Part shown: piece after piece, positions 8,125-15,363 of the stretch
Layout of the letters: each line of letters starts with the position of its first letter
How positions within the stretch are numbered: position 1 is the first letter of the stretch
IMG/VR virus record: IMGVR_UViG_2603880150_000001
Length of the DNA stretch: 16,352 nucleotides
DNA from: a virus
Taxonomy: Duplodnaviria > Heunggongvirae > Uroviricota > Caudoviricetes
Direction: 5' to 3' (one strand)
The notes under the pieces: model-generated
Seen by the model: only the letters and a program-made list of their open reading frames with translations
What the model was told of the DNA's origin: nothing
The model's database searches: none
Position numbers and translations under genes: made by a program

Positions 8125-9192
8125 TTACTCTCCGCTTTCCGGTGCTGCAGGTGCGGTGAAATCGCCCAGGGTGATGTTTTCCAGCAGACACCCGGCGGCA
8201 TACGCCTCGACCACATAGTCGATATTCATTGACTCGTAGTTTTCCACGCGGTCTTTTTTCGGGTTTTCATCAATGCTGCGGCGGTGGCTCTCATCCATGA
8301 AATAGATAGAGAGGTTTTCCAGCGTGGTCACTAACACGGCATTCGCCGGGAAGTACGGCACACGCACAGCAGGCAGGTTGCCGATTCGCTTCTGGCTGAT
8401 GATGATATCTGCCGCGAGCGCTTCGCTGTTTTCTTGCGGCTTGTTTACCAGCGGGAAATATTTGTCGGCCAGCAGCTTACGGCCTACGATGGCAACGAGT
8501 TTCGGGTCATCCTGATAAACCTCGTCAATCAGGTTGTTGGTAGCATCCATCACCAGCGCGTCGAGGTTCTCATAGTCGCCGTTTTTACCGACGCGAATCA
8601 CTGCCGAAACGACCTTACCGTCAGCATCGGTGATATTGCTCATCACACGCGTCGGGGCTTCGTTGCGGTATTTCTGCAGCCAGCCGACGGCTACATCCTG
8701 CAGCATCGGATTTTTGGTGCGGTCAGAGGTGGCGGCGCGGGTGGTACCGTTAAAACCGGCCATGATGAAATCGAGCGCCTGACGCTTAACAATGGCGTCA
8801 CGGATGCGGCGCTGAAAGTCCTGAAAACGCGCCCACAGGTCGAGGGTTTTATATTTCAGATGGAAGTCAAAGTTAATCTGGTCGCACTCGTACTTGTTGG
8901 ACTCAAGCGCGGTGAAGTCTGCGGTCTTACGCTCATCATCGCCCGAGGTGTCGGTCGTGCTGGCGATAGTACCGGTCACACCGACGCCGATTTTCTCACC
9001 CTTCATTTCTGCGACCGGCAGAATATTAATCGTCTGCAGAAACGCGGATGACTCCTGCACTTTGTTCATCAGTGTTTGCGTGACGGACGGCTCGACGGTG
9101 AATTTTTTACTGACGTCATCAGTGCTGATGCCGTTCAGCTCAGCGACGCGGGTCAGATAGGCATTGAACTTAAAACGGGTATCCGGGCGCAT
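8125..9192 (-). CDS. N: Major capsid protein gpN
   Basis: 355 aa (P2 N about 357 aa). AGGA ribosome-binding site 6 nt upstream of the ATG. Syntenic between O and M. Confidence 0.9.
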   Translation of the reverse strand: MRPDTRFKFNAYLTRVAELNGISTDDVSKKFTVEPSVTQTLMNKVQESSAFLQTINILPVAEMKGEKIGVGVTGTIASTTDTSGDDERKTADFTALESNKYECDQINFDFHLKYKTLDLWARFQDFQRRIRDAIVKRQALDFIMAGFNGTTRAATSDRTKNPMLQDVAVGWLQKYRNEAPTRVMSNITDADGKVVSAVIRVGKNGDYENLDALVMDATNNLIDEVYQDDPKLVAIVGRKLLADKYFPLVNKPQENSEALAADIIISQKRIGNLPAVRVPYFPANAVLVTTLENLSIYFMDESHRRSIDENPKKDRVENYESMNIDYVVEAYAAGCLLENITLGDFTAPAAPESGE

Positions 9193-9268
9193 AGTATTTC
9201 CTGTTTGAATTTATCGGTTAGTCACTGCATCGGGCGGGGATGCCGCCCGGTTTCTGGTCTGCGGTTTA

Positions 9269-10123
9269 TCAGCAGTCGGTCAGCAGCTCATCGCCACCAC
9301 CGCCGCTGGCTTTCGTGCGTCGCGGCTGGCTGAAACTTTCGGTTTTATCGAGGGTGGTTTTCAGGTCGGAAAATGCCTGGCTGGTTTCTTCAACCTTGCC
9401 GGTCAGTTCCTGTTTGAAAGTGGCAAACGCGGTTTCCATAGCGGAAAGGCGCTCGTCCTGTTTTGTCAGGTTGGTTTGCACATGTTCGCTGACGGTGGTC
9501 ACCGCTTCATGCACATCATTCAGGCGAGCATCGTCGCTGACCTGCTTACGGCTGAAAATGGCTTTCACCTTATCGGCCAGGCTGTTGAGCACCGTGTCGG
9601 GAACGTCTTCAAACTCCAGCTCGGCCAGAGTGGCAGCGGAAAAGACGTTTTCAGGGTTGGCCTTAAAGCGCTGCAGCGGGTTGTGCTTCGCGTTGCGGCA
9701 GAATTCGAGGTATTCAGTGCCGAGGCTCGCCGGGTCATCGGTGACAGCAAGGCCGACGAGGTAGCATTTGCCGGTATTGGCAAAATTCGGCTGAATTTCC
9801 ATTGAGGTGTAGACCTTCTGCAATTTTTTATTCATCGCAATCAGGTCGTCGGTTGGGGTGATTCTGGCGAACAACGCCCATTTGCCGTTAAGCGCAGAAT
9901 CGTCGTCAATTATTTCAGCTTTCAGTTCAACCACATCGCCTAAGCGTTTGAAGTCGCCATCAGGAAAGAGACCGCGAATATGCTCAAGGTTAATGCGGCA
10001 ACCGTAGACGCGAGGGTCAAACGATTCGGCCATTTCCTGAATATCGTTGCCGCTGATAATGCGGCCGTCGCAGGTGTCACCCTCGACGCCGATGCGAAAG
10101 AATTTTGAGACTTTTTTTGCCAT
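9269..10123 (-). CDS. O: Capsid scaffolding protein gpO
   Basis: Start at internal Met 'MAKKVSKFFRIGVEGDTCDGR...' gives 284 aa as in P2 O; the N-terminus is near-identical to P2 O as recalled. The raw ORF's 50-codon extension runs into the P/O promoter region. Confidence 0.9.
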   Translation of the reverse strand: MAKKVSKFFRIGVEGDTCDGRIISGNDIQEMAESFDPRVYGCRINLEHIRGLFPDGDFKRLGDVVELKAEIIDDDSALNGKWALFARITPTDDLIAMNKKLQKVYTSMEIQPNFANTGKCYLVGLAVTDDPASLGTEYLEFCRNAKHNPLQRFKANPENVFSAATLAELEFEDVPDTVLNSLADKVKAIFSRKQVSDDARLNDVHEAVTTVSEHVQTNLTKQDERLSAMETAFATFKQELTGKVEETSQAFSDLKTTLDKTESFSQPRRTKASGGGGDELLTDC

Positions 10124-10288
10124 TGTCAGGAGTCCTGAGGTTGAGGTTACTGGTCCCCGCCAGTTTCCAGACTCAGGACACGCCAGACCACCAATGACGA
10201 CTGGACAACCGCCCACACAACAGCACCTTAGCGAATCACTGACGGCCATTAAGTAGCCTTGCCCTGAATCCACTACGGCGAGGCATCA
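10124..10288. promoter_or_regulatory. Divergent late promoter region between O and P
   Basis: 165-bp gap between divergent start codons, the position of the Ogr-activated late promoters in P2. Contains a 13-bp palindrome TCAGGAGTCCTGA (10126-10138) and a TGG-N12-ACA dyad (10202-10219) resembling the TGT-N12-ACA activator motif. Exact -10/-35 elements not resolved. Confidence 0.4.
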
Positions 10289-12058
10289 ATGACCATTTCC
10301 ACAGATACAACCTTGTTGCATGACCCGCGACGGCAGGCATCGCTGCTTTACTGGCAGGGGTTTTCCGTGCCACAGATTGCCGAAATGCTGCAGGTCAAGC
10401 GCCCGACCGTGCAGAGCTGGAAGCAGCGCGACGGCTGGGACGGCATCGCGCCGATTTCCCGCGTTGAAAGCAGCCTTGAGGCCAGGCTGATTCAGCTCAT
10501 CGCCAAGCCGCAAAAGACAGGGGGTGATTTCAAAGAGATTGACCTGCTCGGACGGCAGATTGAACGGTTGGCGCGAGTCAACCGCTACAGCCAGACCGGC
10601 AACGAAGCCGACCTTAACCCCAACGTCGCCAACCGCAACAAAGGGGAGCGCAAAAAGCCGAAAAAGAATTTTTTCAGCGACGAGGCTATCGATAAACTAG
10701 AGGAATTATTTTTCGATCAGTCTTTCGAGTACCAGCTGCAGTGGTACCGCGCAGGACTGGAGCACCGTATTCGTGACATTCTCAAATCCCGCCAGATTGG
10801 CGCGACATTCTATTTCTCCCGCGAGGCACTGCTGCGCGCACTGAAAACCGGCCATAACCAGATATTTTTATCAGCCAGTAAAACGCAGGCTTACGTGTTC
10901 CGCGAATACATCATCCAGTTTGCGCGACTGGTCGACGTTGACCTGACTGGCGACCCGATTGTCATCGGTAACAACGGCGCAAAACTGATTTTTCTCGGTA
11001 CCAATTCCAACACCGCGCAGAGCCATAACGGCGATCTGTATGTCGATGAAATATTCTGGATCCCGAATTTTCAGAAACTGCGCAAAGTCGCCTCGGGCAT
11101 GGCCTCGCAAAAGCACCTGCGCTCGACCTATTTTTCGACACCTTCCACGCTGGCGCACGGCGCTTACCCCTTCTGGTCTGGCGAGCTGTTCAACAAGGGG
11201 CGCAGCCGGATTGCCGACCGCATCGAAATCGACATCAGTCACAGCGCGCTCGCCGGTGGCCAGCTCTGCGACGATGGCCAGTGGCGGCAGATTGTCACCA
11301 TTGAGGACGCCCTTGCGGGTGGCTGCACCCTGTTCGACCTCGACCAGCTCAAACGCGAAAACAGTGATGAGGACTTTAAGAACCTGTTTATGTGCGAGTT
11401 TGTCGACGATAAAGCGTCGGTATTCCCGTTCGAGGAGCTGCAGCGCTGCATGGTCGATGTGATGGAGGAATGGGAGGACTTTGCCCCGTTCGCAGACCAT
11501 CCGTTCGGCTCTCGTCCTGTCTGGATTGGCTACGACCCGTCACACACCGGCGACAGTGCCGGGTGCGTCGTGCTCGCGCCGCCGGTGGTCTCTGGTGGCA
11601 AGTTCCGCATGCTGGAGCGCCACCAGTGGAAGGGCATGGATTTTGCAGCACAGGCAGAGGGCATCCGCAAGCTGACCGAGAAATACAACGTCGAATACAT
11701 CGGCATTGACGCAACCGGCCTCGGTCTCGGCGTGTTCCAGCTGGTGCGCTCATTTTACCCGGCGGCACGCGGCATCCGTTACACACCTGAAATGAAAACC
11801 GCAATGGTACTCAAGGCGAAAGACACCATTCGCCGTGGCTGTCTGGAGTACGACGCCGGAGCAACCGACGTCACACAGTCGTTTATGTCCATCCGCAAAA
11901 CCATGACCAGCAGCGGGCGCAGCGCCACCTATGAGGCCAGCCGCACCGAGGAAGCCAGCCACGCCGATATCGCATGGGCGACCATGCACGCCCTGTTAAA
12001 CGAACCGCTTTCTGCCGGTAGCGGCATGCAGCCTAAATCTATTCTGGAGTTCAACTAA
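10289..12058 (+). CDS. P: Terminase ATPase (large) subunit gpP
   Basis: 589 aa (P2 P about 590 aa). GAGG ribosome-binding site 7 nt upstream. Divergent from O as in P2. Followed 1 nt later by the portal gene. Confidence 0.9.
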   Translation: MTISTDTTLLHDPRRQASLLYWQGFSVPQIAEMLQVKRPTVQSWKQRDGWDGIAPISRVESSLEARLIQLIAKPQKTGGDFKEIDLLGRQIERLARVNRYSQTGNEADLNPNVANRNKGERKKPKKNFFSDEAIDKLEELFFDQSFEYQLQWYRAGLEHRIRDILKSRQIGATFYFSREALLRALKTGHNQIFLSASKTQAYVFREYIIQFARLVDVDLTGDPIVIGNNGAKLIFLGTNSNTAQSHNGDLYVDEIFWIPNFQKLRKVASGMASQKHLRSTYFSTPSTLAHGAYPFWSGELFNKGRSRIADRIEIDISHSALAGGQLCDDGQWRQIVTIEDALAGGCTLFDLDQLKRENSDEDFKNLFMCEFVDDKASVFPFEELQRCMVDVMEEWEDFAPFADHPFGSRPVWIGYDPSHTGDSAGCVVLAPPVVSGGKFRMLERHQWKGMDFAAQAEGIRKLTEKYNVEYIGIDATGLGLGVFQLVRSFYPAARGIRYTPEMKTAMVLKAKDTIRRGCLEYDAGATDVTQSFMSIRKTMTSSGRSATYEASRTEEASHADIAWATMHALLNEPLSAGSGMQPKSILEFN

Positions 12059-12059
12059 A

Positions 12060-13106
12060 ATGGGTAAACAAAAATCCCGTAAAGCCAACGCACAAAAGGC
12101 CAGCAAACCACAACAACTGACCGCCAGCGCACCGCCAAAAACGACAGCGTTCACCTTCGGCGAGCCGGTGCCGGTACTCGATAAGCGCGACATTCTGGAT
12201 TACGTCGAGTGCATCAGTAACGGCAAATGGTACGAGCCGCCGGTCAGCTTCTCAGGGCTGGCAAAGAGCCTGCGCTCTGCCGTGCATCACAGCTCGCCAA
12301 TTTATGTTAAGCGTAACGTGCTCGCGAGCACCTACATTCCGCACCCGTTGTTATCCCGTCAGGATTTCAGCCGCTTTGCGCTCGATTATCTGGTGTTCGG
12401 TAACGCCTTTCTTGAGCAGCGCCACAGCGTCACCGGCCAGTTAATCAAACTGCTGGCCTCGCCAGCCAAATACACCCGACGCGGAGTCGACGATTCGATT
12501 TTCTGGTTTGTGGAAAACTTCACCCAGCCGCACGAGTTCGCGCCTGATACCGTGTTTCACCTGCTGGAGCCCGACATTAATCAGGAGATTTACGGTCTGC
12601 CGGAATATCTCAGCGCGCTTAATTCCGCTTGGCTGAATGAATCCGCGACGCTGTTCCGCCGCAAGTATTATCAGAACGGCGCGCACGCAGGCTACATCAT
12701 GTATGTGACTGACCCGGCGCAAAGTGCGACCGACGTCGAATCGCTGCGCGAGGCGATGCGTAACTCGAAGGGGCTCGGCAACTTTAAGAACCTGTTTTTC
12801 TACGCCCCCGGCGGAAAACCGGACGGCATCAAAATCGTGCCACTGAGCGAGGTCGCCACAAAGGATGACTTTTTCAACATTAAGAAAGCCAGCGCCGCCG
12901 ACCTGATGGACGCGCACCGCGTGCCGTTCCAGCTCATGGGCGGCAAGCCCGAGAATATCGGTTCACTCGGTGACGTTGAGAAGGTGGCAAAGGTATTTGT
13001 GCGTAATGAGCTGTCACCCCTGCAGGATAGGTTCAGGGAGGTAAACGACTGGCTCGGTATGGAGGTCATCAGGTTCAAAGAGTACACACTCGACAACCCG
13101 GAATAA
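12060..13106 (+). CDS. Q: Portal (capsid vertex) protein gpQ
   Basis: 348 aa (P2 Q about 344 aa). Immediately downstream of P in the same orientation. Followed by a terminator hairpin. Confidence 0.9.
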   Translation: MGKQKSRKANAQKASKPQQLTASAPPKTTAFTFGEPVPVLDKRDILDYVECISNGKWYEPPVSFSGLAKSLRSAVHHSSPIYVKRNVLASTYIPHPLLSRQDFSRFALDYLVFGNAFLEQRHSVTGQLIKLLASPAKYTRRGVDDSIFWFVENFTQPHEFAPDTVFHLLEPDINQEIYGLPEYLSALNSAWLNESATLFRRKYYQNGAHAGYIMYVTDPAQSATDVESLREAMRNSKGLGNFKNLFFYAPGGKPDGIKIVPLSEVATKDDFFNIKKASAADLMDAHRVPFQLMGGKPENIGSLGDVEKVAKVFVRNELSPLQDRFREVNDWLGMEVIRFKEYTLDNPE

Positions 13107-13115
13107 TCACCTTTT

Positions 13116-13140
13116 AAGCCGCCATTTTGGCGGCTTTTGC
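13116..13140 (+). terminator. Hairpin terminator after Q, possibly bidirectional
   Basis: Perfect 8-bp inverted repeat AAGCCGCC/GGCGGCTT with a 5-nt loop, followed by TTTTGC on the plus strand. Lies between the convergent Q and DUF2188 genes. Confidence 0.5.
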
Positions 13141-13144
13141 TATG

Positions 13145-13369
13145 TTAGCCCTTAGACTTTTTAGGATCATCTTTTCTCTGATAAGTGCGTTCTTCCTGAA
13201 TTTTCCCATCTTCCTTGTGAATTTTGACCGAGCCTGTTTTGTTCGACATAAACTCAGATGTTGTTTTAATCAGCTCGGCCTTTGTGGGCGCGGTCTTGCT
13301 AGGGCGGTCATTGCCCTCTTTTTGCAACTTCCACTTATCGCCATCTTTTGTAATATGATAGTTATCCAT
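13145..13369 (-). CDS. Small DUF2188-like protein of unknown function
   Basis: Start at internal Met (MDNYHITKDGDKWKLQKEG...), preceded by a GGAGG ribosome-binding site. 74 aa with the pattern 'H...DG.W.vkkEG....s..f.TKaE.i....e.....g...IH..DGkIq....y...DP' that I recall for the DUF2188 family. Lysine-rich C-terminus. Confidence 0.55.
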   Translation of the reverse strand: MDNYHITKDGDKWKLQKEGNDRPSKTAPTKAELIKTTSEFMSNKTGSVKIHKEDGKIQEERTYQRKDDPKKSKG

Positions 13370-13573
13370 TAAAGCCTCCAACTGTTGTGGGGAACATAAA
13401 GTCTCAATATGGATATTAGCCAAAGCGAAACCGTAAAATTGTGCAACTGATCCCATCCTTTAGCACCACGCCACAGACGCACCACGCGCCCACGATCACA
13501 CCCGGCCACTACAGCGCCGTCACGACGTTCTCAGACGATAATTTTTAATAATACGCACCACCGCTGGCGCGCA

Positions 13574-13592
13574 ATGCTTTCCCCGCCACGCC
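13574..13592. other. Putative cos site (19-nt cohesive-end sequence, 186 type)
   Basis: The reverse complement of 13574-13592 reads GGCGTGGCGGGGAAAGCAT, which matches the cohesive-end sequence I recall for phage 186 (P2: GGCGAGGCGGGGAAAGCAC). Location downstream of portal gene Q is consistent with P2-family genome organisation. Sequence identity is from memory, not a search. Confidence 0.55.
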
Positions 13593-13737
13593 TGCCCGCT
13601 TTATGGGTCGGTTTTAATGCAGTTGCATGACCTCGCTTTAGCTAAGCTACTACCGGTACTCCTTATGTTTTGGCGGTTGGATCAACGCATGCAAAAAAAT
13701 GCAGTGGCATGCACACATTCATTACATCTTATTTATC

Positions 13738-14448
13738 TTATCGAACCCTTTTTTCCAGATTGAGTAGGGCTTTTTTGCATTTTTTTTGATTAATAAACGT
13801 TCTATCCAGTATCTTTATATGAAACATCATTACTCTATTGAAGCAAATAAACATTTCTCGGGCATCCTGGCCAACAATCAGAAACGACTCGCCATTAATA
13901 TTTGGAATGTTGCTATTCTTCGATAAATCATCAAATGCCTCAGAGCCACGTTCATTTCTATACATTTCTTTAATAGCCATTACTTCATCGTGGCGAACGA
14001 TATTAATCCAAATTAATTTATCTACAGTCAACAATTGCCCATACTCTAAGAAAAATACTCCCTTGGCTAACCAGGTGCCGTATTGGTAAATCTCCCTACC
14101 ATTTAGGGGTAATGTTATCTGCGCACCTTTTTTTGTATGCCTAACACTCTGGAATGCTTCACGAAATTTCGAGTCTTTTCTTTTAAGCGCATTATGGAAT
14201 TTATTAACAGCATCAAAGCTGCCTGTTGAGTGCTCTCCTACCATGCGGCAAATGACACCTAACACCTCGTCAATTCGGCTTTTATCGCCATTGCACTTTT
14301 TGCATACATAGAAATCACCTTCGCCGTTGGTTCTATGAATGGAGACTGAAACTTGCGGAATCATGTGTTCAACTGAGCGGCAGTGGGGGTGATTTTCAAC
14401 CTTATTCATGAGAACACCGCAATAAACGCAGTGTGTGCTTGGTTTCAT
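13738..14448 (-). CDS. HNH nuclease-domain protein with uncharacterised C-terminal domain (candidate accessory/defence gene)
   Basis: 236 aa from the Met with the best ribosome-binding site (AAGGG, 8-nt spacer); in-frame alternatives at 14454 and 14529. N-terminus carries a zinc-finger HNH signature: C-V-Y-C ... H-P-H-C ... V-E-H-M-I-P ... N ... C-K-K-C-N-G-D-K. C-terminal ~150 aa unrecognised. Gene is AT-rich (counted 60-nt samples 28% and 42% G+C, against ~60% in the terminase region). Confidence 0.6.
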   Translation of the reverse strand: MKPSTHCVYCGVLMNKVENHPHCRSVEHMIPQVSVSIHRTNGEGDFYVCKKCNGDKSRIDEVLGVICRMVGEHSTGSFDAVNKFHNALKRKDSKFREAFQSVRHTKKGAQITLPLNGREIYQYGTWLAKGVFFLEYGQLLTVDKLIWINIVRHDEVMAIKEMYRNERGSEAFDDLSKNSNIPNINGESFLIVGQDAREMFICFNRVMMFHIKILDRTFINQKKCKKALLNLEKRVR

Positions 14449-14544
14449 ATACATTGCCCTTACAATGTCTAATGACGAATGAGTAGCACTAAAATAACAC
14501 AAATCTGATGGTGGGATGTCAGCCCCCATGCTTTAGATTGGACA

Positions 14545-14574
14545 TACGAAAACCGGCTTTAATAGTGCCGGTTT
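14545..14574 (-). terminator. Rho-independent terminator (minus strand)
   Basis: Minus-strand RNA reads AAACCGGC-ACUAUUAAA-GCCGGUUUU: an 8-bp stem with a 9-nt loop followed by a U-run. Lies downstream of the small ORF and repeat copy A, and upstream of the HNH gene. Confidence 0.5.
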
Positions 14575-14595
14575 GGGCCAATCTCTACGGAACAG

Positions 14596-14666
14596 ACTAA
14601 CCCCTAGAGGGACTCGTTGTTCAACCCTCCAGTACCGAAAGCAAGTTTCAGCGCCGACGGCGTTCG
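14596..14666 (-). repeat. Repeat copy A (~70 nt) abutting the stop codon of the 69-aa ORF
   Basis: Aligns with 14999-15069 at roughly 80% identity. The core 'caaccc.ccag.ac.gaaagcaag.ttcagc.ccgacggcgtt.g' is shared. Minus-strand RNA can form a hairpin (12 of 14 pairs including G-U). Confidence 0.6.
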
Positions 14667-14876
14667 CTATCTTCGACATGGTGGTGGCGCATATTGTGTC
14701 GGCCTGCTGATATCGTTCAGCTTATCGTAGTTATCCCTGACTATTTCTGCACACCCGACCAATTCCGCTGGCGTCAGGTTCTCATTGACCATTATCGTCT
14801 GCAAGCGATGAACGATAGCCATCAGTTTTATGCTTTTAGTTTTGTGCTGCGGAATTTCGCCCGGTAGTCGATGCAT
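14667..14876 (-). CDS. Hypothetical small protein (69 aa)
   Basis: ORF with a GAGGG ribosome-binding site 9 nt upstream of the ATG. No recognisable motif. AT-rich cargo context. A second in-frame Met at codon 19 is an alternative start. Confidence 0.4.
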   Translation of the reverse strand: MHRLPGEIPQHKTKSIKLMAIVHRLQTIMVNENLTPAELVGCAEIVRDNYDKLNDISRPTQYAPPPCRR

Positions 14877-14998
14877 ATTATCGCCCTCAATGAATTTTAT
14901 TCAGTGCTGTCAAAGCGCCACTATAAAATCCTCTAAGGTAACGTCCCATTAATCACCGGTGTGTAACCAATAAAACATCGAGAAAGTTTGAAAGGTAG

Positions 14999-15069
14999 AA
15001 CTAACGCCTCTCGGAGCCAGTTTCAACCCCGCCAGCACTGAAAGCAAGATTCAGCACCGACGGCGTTTG
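14999..15069 (-). repeat. Repeat copy B (~70 nt) abutting the stop codon of the DinI-like gene
   Basis: Aligns with 14596-14666. Minus-strand RNA forms a 14-bp stem (CCGUCGGUGCUGAA / UUCAGUGCUGGCGG, 4 G-U pairs) with a 7-nt loop. On the plus strand the wobble pairs become A-C mismatches, so the fold is specific to the minus strand. Confidence 0.6.
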
Positions 15070-15303
15070 TTAATGCAGCCAGCTATCGTCCTCCCATACC
15101 TGCTGCATGATTTCCATTACTCGTTTTTTATCTTCGTCCAGTTTCAAACCGCTTAACTCAACGCCATTAGCTGAGCCCTTACGAATGCGGATAGCAGTCT
15201 TTGGGTAAATAGGTTGAAGATTGCGGTACAGCTCAGCCTCAAGTGCATCCAACGTTGCCTGACTAATTTTTTGCTCTTTATCCAACGTGATATTGATTCT
15301 CAT
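15070..15303 (-). CDS. DinI-like protein
   Basis: 77 aa. Alignable with E. coli DinI as recalled: 'MRI..T..K.......A.DAL..EL.R......P........R......LS........DK.R..EI.Q..WE....W'. Similar length (DinI 81 aa). Confidence 0.75.
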   Translation of the reverse strand: MRINITLDKEQKISQATLDALEAELYRNLQPIYPKTAIRIRKGSANGVELSGLKLDEDKKRVMEIMQQVWEDDSWLH

Positions 15304-15363
15304 AATCTAATCAGCCTTATAAAAATTATCATCTTCGGTTTCGTTATTTTCGCTGTTTGCTAG

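Noticed and set aside
8434-9051. 205-aa plus-strand ORF inside capsid gene N
   Set aside because: Antisense to the major capsid gene, which matches P2 N. Spurious.
10124-10273. N-terminal extension of the O ORF (start at 10273)
   Set aside because: The conserved O N-terminus begins at the internal Met at 10123. The extension runs into the divergent promoter region and is Cys/Gly-rich non-protein-like sequence. Similar extensions were trimmed for K (6279-6509), M (8121-8216), X (6769-6837), lysB (5785-5811) and the DUF2188 ORF (13370-13456).
10871-11500. 209-aa minus-strand ORF and other overlapping ORFs inside terminase gene P
   Set aside because: Embedded in and antisense to a 589-aa terminase ORF with P2 gpP similarity. 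No independent support.
13838-14089. 83-aa plus-strand ORF inside the HNH gene
   Set aside because: Antisense to the better-supported HNH ORF, with a low-complexity translation. Spurious.
14941-15000. Terminator between the DinI-like gene and the 69-aa ORF
   Set aside because: Only direct repeats (CTTTC...CTTTC) and no stable hairpin with a U-tract on the minus strand, so no terminator is called. The two genes are probably co-transcribed.
14596-15069. Repeat pair as a CRISPR array or integron attC sites
   Set aside because: Only two copies, about 80% identical, separated by a protein-coding gene rather than a short spacer, and with no cas genes, so not CRISPR. Core-site-like GTTRRRY matches are imperfect and no integrase is nearby, so integron cassettes are unlikely.
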